NCBI GenBank assembly: GCA_964252035.1
Contig: OZ176215.1
Reading direction: 5' to 3' (one strand)
DNA: 64,000 nt
Source: Podarcis erhardii
Lineage: Eukaryota
This document shows, piece by piece, positions 36,651 through 49,000 of the stretch. Each line of letters starts with the position of its first letter. Positions within the stretch are counted from its first letter, which is position 1. A model generated the notes under the pieces. It made no database searches and had not been told where the DNA came from. It saw only the letters and a list, made by a program, of their open reading frames with translations. A program made the translations under genes and the position numbers.

Positions 36651-38059
36651 CACACACATACAAAACAAAGTATAGGAACTTCACAGACTACTTCCAAATT
36701 CAAATTCCCATTTCTCAGCTCTGGCGAGATTTACAGTTGTATAAATAAACCCGCACACAATAGGCAGGTGGCGATAGAGTAGTGTGTTAAGTGGCATGGA
36801 AGGGTCCTTCAGGCGTTTCGGCAAGACAGCCTCGTTTTCTTATCGATTGTTGCCTGCAGCGGGGAGTCCCTGCTCAGGAGGCGCTGAATGACACCTGTGC
36901 GTGGTTGGGTTGTTCTCTGCACTGCTTTGGTAGGGCTTTACTCCCCGGTTAGTGCGCATAGGGTTGCAGCCCAAGAGATTGAGCCTGTGCAGCGTTGCAG
37001 GGTGGTCTTGTCCGTGCTCTTTCAGAAGTTAAGCCCCGCTGAAAGTATAAAGGAACCCGCTTCCAAGTAATTGTGTGCAATAGGATTGCAGTCTCCGACG
37101 CGCAGAGCGGTGCTTCCCGGCCGCGTACCTCTTTAAGCTGCAAAGCCTAACCCCATTTACCTGGTAAGCCCCGTTTAATTTGGTGGGATTTACTCCTGAG
37201 TAGCATGGTTAGGATTGCACTGTAAACTATGAGATGCCCTTTGTGTGGTGTGGGGGGGGGGATACTTAGCTGTCCAAAGCAATGGATTAGTTTCAATTAA
37301 ATCATTTAGCCCCGATGTATGTCACAAGACAGGTCATGAGATCCTGAATTGTACTGCAGCACGATCAGTTGATTCTCGTTAATTTTTAACGCGTTTTGTA
37401 ATGACACAAACGAATATCAGTTAATGCGGATTAGTTATGGCTTCAGAAACGCAGATAAAAACTTCTATTTCATCTATAAGAATGACACACTCGCCTTTTA
37501 ACCGCTCTGGCTGTGCTTAAAGTGTGTTAAGGAGCAATTAATTGTTTCTTGCATCATTTGGGCTGCAATCCTAAACACATTTACTGGGTGCTAAACCCTT
37601 CTTCCATTGGACACAATGAGACTTACTATTGAGTAAACGTCCATAGAACCACCATGTTGACATATGACAGACCTTTTTCCGCCCCACTTTTAACAGTACC
37701 ACACCCCCCCGTATATTTATGTAAGCGCAATTGCAATAACGGGGGCTCTTGTTCATGAAACTTAAGATACTCCGCTTTGAAAGTACCTTTCCGTGCGGTT
37801 CACATTTTTTGGGAAGGAATGTGTTTAGGGCTGCAAGGTTTGTTCCTCATTATAAGATGAGCGATGAATCACCGGAGTACCCCCTCTCCTGCATATTTGT
37901 GGGAGAAATGAGAATGCCAGCCCACATTACAGTAATTATCCTATGGAACCTGAGGACAGTGCAATCCTATGCACGCTTACTCAGAAGTAAGAAGCCCTAG
38001 TGCGTCCAATGGAGCTTACTCTAAGTCGATAATACTGAACAGGATTACTTGGGAGTCGG

Positions 38060-38800
38060 GTCTGTTAAACTGCGCGCGCCCCGTTGAAAGCAGCTGGGTC
38101 TGCTCCTGAAAGAAAAACGTGGTTTACCAAATGCTGGGTGGCTGTGCATTCCTCCCCCCCAGCCCCCTCCACTTTTCATTCCATGCGCGCCGTGAAGTGG
38201 AGGACAAAAAGGCAGGGAAAGTTCACCAGGTGCTAGGCAGATGAGGCGGGACTCCAACTCCCATCATCCTCAGCGGGCAGTGCCAATGGGAAGCGATGCT
38301 GGGAGTTGAAGTCCCGCAATGTTTGGAGAACCCCCGCCTCGGGTACCCGTCAACTTGCTCCGTACGTGTGGATGGTTGGTTGGTTTTGAGGGTCTATGAA
38401 GAGCTACTGAGTGCGGCTCCAGGCTCCCTCGCGTTCCCGTCTTCCTCGCCGCCCCCCCCAGAAGCCTGTTATTCCAAGTCAGAGGACCCTCCCAAGTGTA
38501 ACTAGGCAGCTGTCCTGCCGCCGGCCCGCCATGGCGACCACTGGGCGTGTGCCGTGCCCCAGCCAAGGCGGAAGGCTTCGGCCGCCGCCGCCGCCTTGGG
38601 GAAAGACGTTAGCTGAGGAGGCGGCCGCCTTCCCGCGCTTTTTCCTGAGGAGAGGCGGGAGCCCCTTCTCTCGGTGATGCTTCCCTCCCAGTGACTGCCC
38701 GACACGGGCATAGCGAGAAGTGTCGTGGAGATGCCTGCTACACGTGTAGCAGGAGGAGGAAAGGGGAGAAAGAGACTCTGCCCTTTTCAGATAGTAAGAT
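38060..38800 (+). promoter_or_regulatory. CpG-island promoter and probable non-coding first exon of SFI1
   Basis: Second CpG island facing away from EIF4ENIF1. Candidate donor ATA|GTAAGA at 38794, and next acceptor ttttcttaccag before 39957. Confidence 0.65.
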
Positions 38801-39165
38801 TGAGGAAATCTCTTTTTTAACGCTCGTTTTTTGTAGACAAGAGAATGAAAACATCTCTGCAAACCGAAAGTTGGTTTCTGAGGCAGTAGGCTGTGGCGAA
38901 AGCGAAACCCTAGATCAGGCTACCCCTACCAGTATCCTGCTATCCAATGGATCCCCTCACAAGGGATTATCCTCTGGACCATCTCAGTGAGGGAGAGATG
39001 GGGGGTCGTCTTCTGAGCAGCCCAGGACTACAATTGAGGGGTTCAGGCCCTTGGGCTGGAGAGATTTGGAAAGGAGAAGAAAATAAACTTCCCAGCATCT
39101 AAAGACCCTTATGCAAGTCAATGATGCTACCACACTTCGGGTCGCTTCACCTCAAAAAGAATAGA

Positions 39166-39733
39166 GTTGGAAAAGGTACAGAAAATATTCCAAGAGGATG
39201 GAGCACCTCTCCTATGAAGAATGGTTGCAGCATTTGGAATTTTTTTAGTTTAGATAAAAGCTGAGTAGAAGGCAACATGATAGAAGTGTAAAAAAGTATG
39301 CATGGGATAGAGAAGCGAGATAGAAAAAAAAGTTTTTCTCCCTCTCTTACGGCACTAGAACTCAGATCCTATGAAAGTGAATTCTGGAAGATTCGGGACA
39401 TAGAAAAGAAAGACCTTCTTCATGCAGCACATAGTTAAACAATGGAACTCCCTCCCTCAGGAGGCAGTGATGACCACCAACTTGGATGGCTTTAAAAGAG
39501 GATTGGACAAATTCATAGAGGATAAGGCTATTGATGGCAATTAGCCATGATGCCTATGCCCCTGCTTCCAATGTTGAAGGTGGCATACCTCTGAATATCA
39601 GCTGCTGAGAATCACAAGTGGGAAGAATGTTGTGCTCATGTTCTACTTGTGGCTTTCCTATTGGGGCATCTCGTAGGATGCTGGACTAGATGGGCCTTTG
39701 GCCTGATTCAGCAGCTAGGCTCTTTTTATGTAC
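39166..39733 (+). mobile_element. CR1-like LINE 3' fragment
   Basis: Degenerate ORF2 end (gagcacctctcctatgaag..., ttcttcatgcagcacatagttaaacaatggaactcc..., ggatggctttaaaagaggattggacaaattcat) followed by the 3' UTR ggatgctggactagatgggcc. Confidence 0.8.
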
Positions 39734-40005
39734 TACTTTCAGTGTCAGAGGTACTGTGTCTCTGGATGCTAGTTTCTCCAGGTAGAATTGAGAATGTCCT
39801 CTGACTGAAACCTGGGAGAGCTGCTGCCAGTCACTGTAGGCAATATTGAGCTAGATGGACTAATGGTCTGACTCTGTACAGGGCCACTTTCCATGTATGC
39901 TTACTGATTTTTAAGAAAATAATCCTTATGTTTTAACAAAGGATTTTTCTTACCAGAAAACAGTGGTCTGGGCTGGACATTAGAGGACACAAGGCTGTTA
40001 ACGTG

Positions 40006-43000
40006 ATGGAAAAGAAGGCTAAAGTCAGGTAAGAAACACTTAAACAGAAGAGGCTGTACCAAAAACTCAGCTGTGTTGTTGCTAGTGCTTAAATAGTTCG
40101 GGTGAGGGGGCACCAGTTTGTGAACAAGGATTGCTACCACTGCAGTGGAACTAGAAGCTGTAATATTTCACAAGAAGCACACAGTAGCTTGATCAAATTA
40201 TTTTTGTCTGTGCTACAGATTCCTGGATGTCAGACTTTCCCCTCACTTTATTTATTCATTTACAGTGGTACCTCGGGTTACATACGCTTCAGGTTACAGA
40301 CTCCGCTAACCCAGAAATAGTACCTCAGGTTAAGAACTTTGCTTCAGGATGAGAACAGAAATCGTGCTCCGGCAGCGCAGCAGCAGCAGCAGGAGGCCCC
40401 ATTAGCTAAAGTGGTGCTTCAGATTAAAAACTGTTTCAGGTTAAGAACAGACCTCTGGAACGAATTAAGTACTTAACCCGAGGTACCACTGTATTACCTT
40501 TCCTCTAAGGAACTCAAAGTGGTGTATACAGTTCTCCCCCTTCCCCTTTTATCCTCACAGGAACCCTGTGAGGTCAGTTAGGCTGAGAGACAGTGACTGT
40601 CCTGAAGCTGGCCCCTGAACATCATGGATGAACTTCAACAAGAAGCAGCCTTCTTCCTGCCCAGTACATTATCTCTGGTAAATTTACAGAGAAATGTGGT
40701 GCATTCTCAGACCTCCCTTTGCTGGAGGAGAGTGCTCATTCAACCACCAAAGTATTTTTTTGCCAGATGGTCTAGAATATATTGTTAAACAACACCACAG
40801 TTTTTCCTTTCCACTGAATGCTATGAGGCTTGGCTTCTCTTTTCTTGACCATTAATTCTTCAATAATTTCTTTGCAGATTGATTTTGTAGGTTTATTTTT
40901 AGTTCTGGAAGAGTAATCAAGTCTGAGCTTGTCTTAAGTGATTGATAAAAGAGTTGTTTGATAAACCTAGGTTGTAGAGAAGCTGGAGTTGAAAGAAACA
41001 TCACCTCCCACAGGTTGCATGCACTCACTGTGTCCCACTGTCACTTCTGGACTAACAGGTTTTGTGGGTTTTGAAACAGTACAGAATGCTGCAAAACCTG
41101 CATTAAGGAGGGTGAGTCTGCAGGCCACAATCAGAGATCCTTCTTCCACATCACTTTTTACTCTAGGGGGAAAACCCTATAATCTTGTCGTGAAGTAGGG
41201 TAGAAAATTCTCCATGGGCATTTTCCCAGTGCTTTCTTTCTCCAAGAAAAATGTTCTGTTTTATAAATTCATTAGTAACATGAATGGATGCCAATTGCAA
41301 ATATAATATTAGGGAAGCTGAGTGGTTCCAACACTTAGCTTTGTTTACTAAATACAAGTACAGTACAAGAAGCATTCTAAATTAAAACACTTTCTAGGCA
41401 TCAGAAATTTTTCCAGATGGTGTAATATGCATTGGATGTTTTTTTAAAAAGAAATTGTATGAAAAAAATTCTGGAAAATCCACATCATTGCTTTCTTGGG
41501 ACTGGCATGCAGGAATTGACCTATCATATATCATCAGTTGATCAATATACAATCACGGTTATTTGTAACAATTTTAACAGATGTCTCAGACATATTGATA
41601 AGTAAAGTATGGTGTGGTTTTGTTGTTCTAATAACGCTGTTATTTTAAAAATATTTGGACATTATTTGACAATGTTTGACCATCCAATTGATCGTTTTTA
41701 TTTTTATTTTATTTTTTGGCCAGTCAAATGTCCAGCCCTGGCCTATCTCCTAGTTTCTCTAGCTTTAGAACAGCAACAGTATTTTCTATATGTAGTAGGT
41801 TACATATGCCCTTTCATACTAAGGCAAATGGAGGCTGCAGACAATTACTTTTATAATTTCCCCTGTCTTAGCATGTTCTTTCTTGTACCAAAGCCCGTGA
41901 TGTTCCCTAGAACCAGAAATTCAGACAGACTTGTTCAAGAATGTGGTCGCTCACGGAATTGCCTGTTGTCATCAAGTTACACCATTCCTGAAAGGCTGGC
42001 ACTGGCTGCCAATTAGAAACTGGGCTAAGTTCAAAGTATAGGTATTGGTATACAAAGCCTCATACAGCTGGTGACCACAATACCTTATCCATTATATATC
42101 TGGTGCTGTTGCTCTGAGGTCCTGCTAGTGGATTTCCCATAATAGGCATCTGGTTGGCTACTGTGAGAAAAGGATGCTGGACTAAATGGACCTTTGGCTG
42201 ATCCAGCTTCAGGGCTCTACTTATGTTCCTTATTAGTCACTGCACTCTGTTGGAAAGGGCCTTCTACAGATACTGTCACATCAAGAGGTCTAATAGGTGC
42301 AGTGTAGGAAATGGGCCTTTATGAGAAGCCCATAAGCAAGCAGGACATGAGTGCAAATGGAGCAGCACTCTCCAATTGCAAAAGCAGCATCATTCTGAAT
42401 GAACTGGGGCCCGGGGGAAGAGTGCTCACTCGATACTGCTTCTGTGCTTTGTGAAAGTCTTAAGTTACCTAGGGACTTGCAAGCTTAGTGGCAAAAACTG
42501 CTTATCTTCTTTATTTTCTTTATTTTAAGTTCAAAGTTTATAAAAACACAGAAACAGCCTAGTCACAAAGGAGGTTCAGGTGGCCAGTTCGCTTCTCCGC
42601 GTCTGACTGGGAATCGCAGGATCTCGTACCGTGTGACATACACTTGGAACCGAGGTGGGAGATTAAAAGAACTCCGTATCAGGTAATAGACATGTTTATG
42701 TTTTATATCTTATTTGTAGGGCTTATTAACCTAGTATAAAAAGTAGCTGTGTCCAGTAGGTATATTTTTATTGTATTCCTTTTAAAACGTTGATCCGGCT
42801 TCATCAGTCGAATCAAGCAGGGGAAGAGATTTTCATTTAAAAGATTCCCCCACCTCCACTTTCCCCTTCCACAAAGGAGCTGCTCAAACCAGGTTAAACG
42901 TAAAAAGCAAACGTAAAAAAGCAACAGTAATCAGATAATTAAAACACAGATTTACCAAACTCTGAACAGCAGCAAAAACAAATATCTTTACTCCTAATTG

Positions 43001-46000
43001 ATACATCAAGCAGCAGCAGATTCACATGTTTGTTAACAAGGAAAGTTTTTAACCTCATTTTTGAGGAAGGGTGAGGTAAAAATGTCATGTAAAAGATGTT
43101 TTTTAGTGGTGGACTTAAATGGAGGAATTAGCATTTATGTGTGAAGTTCCTGTTTGTTCATCTTTGGCTGAAAGTTTATTGATAATAAATATATGCTAAA
43201 AAGCACTGAGAGATATGTTTTTCAGACACCTGGCTAGGAAATTCCTTTACTTGTGGATGAAGAAGGCATTTGGAAGGGTCCTACCTTCTAGTGCCAGGTA
43301 AGCAAAGCAAGTTCTTTGCTTAAAAATGATAAGTATTTCTCTGTGAAACTGGTCTACACAAGTGGACTTATGGCTAGTGCATGTGTAAAAAGTGATTATT
43401 TTGCTAAAACTGTGCAGAGCAGTGTCCCAGACAAGAGTGTTATTTTACATGGAACATGAAACTACAGTTTGGCCAAATCTGCTTCAGCCTGTAGTTTCAG
43501 ATCCTGATTTGGGGGCAACTTGCAAACCATGCTTTTTTGTTGTGTCTGAACCATCACAGCCTCCTGTTGATTACTGGAGCACCAGGATGTTGAAATCCAC
43601 AGCCTTTCCTTGTTAGCAGTGTCACCTGCTGTGCTGTGATATTTTGGGAGAGACTGAACTTCTCTGGGCTTTTATTGCTGGTACAAAATGAAGAAAAGAA
43701 AATCACTCATAAGAATTATTGAAACTATAATTGTCTCTAGGAACACTTGTTCACAGATGAAGGGCATGTTTTAGCTCACAGTTCAGCATGCTTAAATGTT
43801 GTTGATTTCAGCAGGACTAGAGCAGTCCAATCTGTGAACTGGAAGTGAGAAAAATGATGACTGGACAGATAAAGGGCAGAAGTCTACGATAACTGATTTA
43901 ATATTGTGTGTATGTTTCCATTGTCTTATATGTTTTGTATTATTTCCTTTTCTAGGCGCTATTATGATCAGAAGATACTGCGGAAAACCTTTGGAGGGTG
44001 GAAGGAAGAATGGTGGGTTATTTGGAAAGAATGGAAGCTCACCATCCGGGCTGACTGCCATTACAGGTCTGTTAAATGTACTTTACAATACTACAGAGAG
44101 AAGAAATCCCATGTTTGTTGTAATGTGTCAAAAAGCAAGCTGTGCTATCTTAGTAAGCAGCCAGGCATGTTGGCGTTTTTACAGTTCAGTTCAGTTTTCC
44201 TAAGTGTATTTCTTCCTGTGTTCTTACTAGGAAGACACATTGGTCCAAACCATGGCTCACGCTAACCATAGTTTAGAGCCCAAATCATCCTCAGTTTGAT
44301 CATTACAAACAGGACAAAAAAGGGGGTCAGGGATGCATTGCATCGCTGCTTTTCTTCTTCCTTGATATGTACAGCTGAAGGTAATTGTCCTGCAGTTCTG
44401 TACATTTATATTTTCCATGATCTTCCAAACCACTTTCTCATAATCTGCCTGCACTGGCAATTCCCTGCTGTTTCTTTCCATTCCGGTGTTTCATGGCCAG
44501 TCACTCGGCCACCAAAATTCCTCTCTGGAACAGCACTATATGTAGCTTTACCAGTTCCTAGGCTTTGGGTACCCATCCAAATACAGCATGAACTCATCAA
44601 CTTATTTTGATGAATAATTACTTTGCAAATAAATTCACAAAAGCTACTATCAAACAGAAAACCTCTCTATTGTCTTTTTGGCACCTGCGAAATATGCTTC
44701 TCTTTCAACAAAGTGTCTTTATCCCAACCGGTATCTGTCCTGCATTTGAACTGATTGTGTGTATGTGCTCCTGTTGCTTTTATAATTGAGTTTAAAACAT
44801 TTTTTTATATATTTAACTGTTTTATATTTGTTACTATATTGCACATTGCTTTGGGGTGGCTTGTGGGAAGCAATTCGTAAATGAAATAAATAACAAGCAC
44901 AACAGTAATAATTACTAGCCCACAAAAGTTTTTACTAGGCCGTTTGCCTAAACATAACCTGTACACAGCCATTTTTAAACAAAAAAGGAACAAACTTCTC
45001 TGCCTGGAGGGGATTCTTACTTGCCTTAGGCAAGCAAGCAAGTGGTTGTTTCCCAGCCTGTTTTGCCAACTGTGTAAATAAATGAATACTTTCTGTGTTG
45101 CAAAAAATTACAATGCAAAAGCATTCCTCAATAGTAGTTTGGAATGAGTCATCTGTATAGCAAATGGGTAGGCTGGGTTCTGACCCTTGCAAAGTATTAT
45201 TTGCTTTTGTTGGCCAGGTATTTCCTGTACAACCTGATCTTTCGGGCCTGGAAGTCCTACGTACTCCTGCAGCGAGAGAAGAAGGTGACTTATTGTGTTG
45301 CAGATTCACATGGTGAGAGAATAGAATCAGTTGTGGAAGAATGGAGTACGAAACTTGTAGCCCTCCAGTTGTTGTCAGGCTACAACTCCCACCACCCTTG
45401 AACTTTGTCCAGGTTGGCTGGGGCTGTTTGGGAGATGGAGTCGAGCAACATCTGGAGGACCGTAGTTTCCTCAGCCCTGCAGTAGAAGAGCCTAGGTTGC
45501 TGTGTCCATGCTCTTCCAGTGCAGATGGCAGCCTGCTAGAACCCAGCATTGAGCCTTTTCTCTGCATATTTTGCTGTGTGTTAAATTAATCCCAGCTATC
45601 GAAGGAAGCCTCTGGAAAAGCTCAAGGGGTTCTCCATCTGCTCTGCAGTATTTCTGAACAGCAACATGTATTTTGCATTTAGAGTTTTGTTGCAGCCAAC
45701 ACATTATTGGATAGTTCTCTGAAAACCTTGCTTGTTGTGAAATGCATGAATTTCTACTGGGATCTCAAATCTTACAGCACAACAGTGCAAACTATGTTGA
45801 TATATCTACTAAATAAACATTACATTAGCATCAGTAATTTAGCAGACATTTTGCTTAGCTAGCAAGTTGCATTGCTAATTTAATGACACCTAAGTGGCGC
45901 CACCCATCTTTTTCTTACAGTTGTCTTTTTCAAGAAGCTTTAGCCCCATGCTCTGTATCCCCAGGTTGTGCAACTGCATTGGCTTATCTTTACTCATTGC

Positions 46001-49000
46001 TCCCTCTTTTCAGTTTCCTTTCCCACCCTCCCCATGCTTTGCTGTTTCTCCCCGTGCGAGAGGAAAGCACCTATGTATTTTTTTTTCACTGGAGAAAAAA
46101 ATACCCTTCTGGTTCTCAGATAAGGAAAGTGGGGAGTAGGACAAAGCATTACTCTCCCTACCCCCAGTGTTGCTGTTCTGATCAAAAGTGGAGCAACACT
46201 TCCAGCAGCTGTTTTCAAGCTTAAATACTATATGTGAGGCATCATCATGTATTAGTTGGTCCAGATGTCTTGTGAATACATCTTTTTGCCCTGATGGAAC
46301 CATATTATTTCTTGTTTGTTTGTGCTATTTCTAGACTTTTTAATTCTCAAAGTTTATAAGCTGGGTACATAGAAATTAAAAGCATATGACAGATAAGATA
46401 AATGAAATTTAAGTATAAAAACAAAAAACTTTTCCAAAATGCCTGCTGAAATAGAAATGTCTTTTTCAAGCACCTGAAGTTGAACAAGGATTGTTCTACT
46501 GTTTTCTTATATGCTGCTTTTTATAGTTTTATGCTATGTTTGTATACTGCTAAGAGATACTTAAGTATTGACTGGTTTAGAAATGCTAATAAGGAAAAGT
46601 AAAATAATAAGTAAAATAATCAATCTGGAGATCCCATCATGGACTTACTACATTCCATTTGGCCTTCAGAGTCCTATTCATGTGAGTTCCAGAACTATGA
46701 AGCATTTAAGGTGCCATTCCTCCCTCTTTCCCCAGTGTAGCCCTATTTGCAGCTGCTTGTTGCAAGGTGCCCTTGCAGTCCTCCTGATGAGATACGAAGT
46801 TTCTTTTGTGTCTGAAAACAGTCTGCTGTCAGTCTTTTGACCAGCCACACCTCTCTCCTGGTGCCAGGCTTTTTCCATATGGGCCAAAAAGGATTGGGAA
46901 GTTATGTGTATTGGACAAAAATATGGAATCTTTAAAATACTCATGCCTGCCATTAAAACCATGGCTTCACATTTTTCACAGCGGCAAAAATGAAAACCCT
47001 TTGGACGTGGCAGCGCTGGCTGAGCTATGTGGAATTGCGCCGGATGAAGCGCCGAATGCACTTGGAGGCCTTCAAGTTTAAGGAAAAGAGTGCCTTGCGG
47101 TGAGAACTGGTTCAGGTTCAAACAAGGGTTAATGGGGCACATGGCGCTCCTCTTCCATCTTTCTACATATTCCAACCCTGAAACAATTAATTAATATCTC
47201 AATTAATATCTCACCTTTTTCTCCATGGAGCTCATGGCAGTTTTAGTCTGACACTCTAAACACTATACCGCGTTGGCTTTCAATTCCACACTTCAGTGCA
47301 GACTCGCTCAACCTGGTTGTTAGTCTGGGCTACTCCACATGGACACAAGACATTTCTGCACCCCTCGTGATTTGATCCCTCAATATTTGACGGTTGGTGG
47401 AGACGTATTATTTATTTACTGCATTTACATCCCACATTTTTTCTCGAAGGCACTCAAGGTGGCATACACCGTTTTCTCTTATTTAATCCCCACAACAACC
47501 TTGTGAGGTAGGTTAAGTTGAGAGGCAGTGACTAGCACAAGGTCACTGCCCAGTGAGCTTCATGCCTGGGTGGAAATTTGAACCTTGGTCTTCCAGGTCC
47601 TAGTATAATGCTCTAACCACCATACCACACTGGTTTGTTCTCCTGTTTTTAATTGCTGGGTTTTTTTAAAAAAACAAATAGGAATGTTTTTCATGTTGTT
47701 CTATGTTGCCACCAGCACTTAGTGCCACAAGAGCTGATGATACATGTTAATGATAAATAAATAGATTTCCAAGGAAACAATAACTCACCCACCTCCAAGA
47801 AGACAGTTTTTGAAAACTACTGTAATACGTAAAGAATGCTGTTCAGTTAGTTGGTTGGCATGGTAAATTGTTTATGTCATGTAAAGGATCAAAAAGGGAC
47901 CAGAAACATTGGGTATCTCTATGGTAGCCTTACCAACCTGGTGCCCTTCAAATGTTTTGGATTACAACTCCCCTCAGACCTAGCATTACATGACCGTGGT
48001 GGCTGGGGCTGATGGGAGTTTTAGTCAAAGATGTTGGGAGAGCACCATGTTGATGAAAGCTGCTCTAAGAAGCAGATGGGGCTCTATAGTTCTCCAGCAC
48101 ATACATTCATAAAACTCTTTGTTTTCATCAGAGTTAAAGTCTAAAGTGTGTCCTGACCTTTTTATTTTCAACAGACTTGCATGGAGGTTGTGGAGAAAGA
48201 GATGGTCACAGAATCAAGTTGCTTGTGAAATGGATGGTCAGGCTCTACAGCATTGGGCCCAAGGCTTACAGTTTCGTGTGAGTGCTGGAAATACCAACCC
48301 TTTAAACCCTGTGTGCCTTTGTGTTGTGTGCACACACTAACACTGGCCAAAGGCCCAGATTCAGTGTTCTCTGACAACCAGTGCAAGGGCTGTTGTAGTA
48401 GCATAATAAAGCACAATATGAAATCCAGTTCAAGAGTTGCGCTAGCAGAGGTTTTGCTGTGGAACTGGTTGTGCAACAAGAAGTATAGGAGCTAGTGCAA
48501 ACTGTGGCACAACTATTCGTGTGAACCATGCTGGCTCTTTTCACCTTCTCTTGCACAAGCCATTATTGCTAGTGCAAGTGTAACTAGCACACAGCTGAAT
48601 TTCGCCCATTAGCTAACAAAATTATTATTTAATTGCTGCTGTTTGTAGTGATGGGTGCAATTTCTGTGAATCGTTTGCAGATAAGATGTGCCTTGTCTCT
48701 TCTTTCACTGCCTTGTTTTCGGACCCTTATTCTTCCTGTTCCTCCTTGTTGTCAGGCCTGGCTCAAATGGAAGGAGTGCTATATGTGCATCCAAGATGAG
48801 AGAAAGGAGGAGGCCAGGGCAGTGATGCATGAGCAGCACAGGGAGATGTGGAGGGCCATGAAATCCTGGCATGTCTATGTGCATCTCCGAAGAGAGAAGG
48901 AGCATCAGGACAGTGAGTTGCTTTGGGACGAAATAGAGTTGATTTCTCTTCCAGCATCACAAAATGATGCATTTCTTCTAAGCGAGAAGTTTTTGTTTTT

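Noticed and set aside
41019-41111. ATG-started segment ending at a strong GG|GTGAGT donor as the first coding exon of SFI1
   Set aside because: It ends in phase 0 while the next exon needs phase 2, and that frame contains a TAA. The MEKK exon at 40006-40028 fits both phase and homology. A non-coding or poison cassette cannot be excluded, but no clear acceptor was found.
44935-45567. 210-aa minus-strand ORF
   Set aside because: It overlaps an SFI1 exon and a palindromic MITE in antisense and has no recognisable domain.
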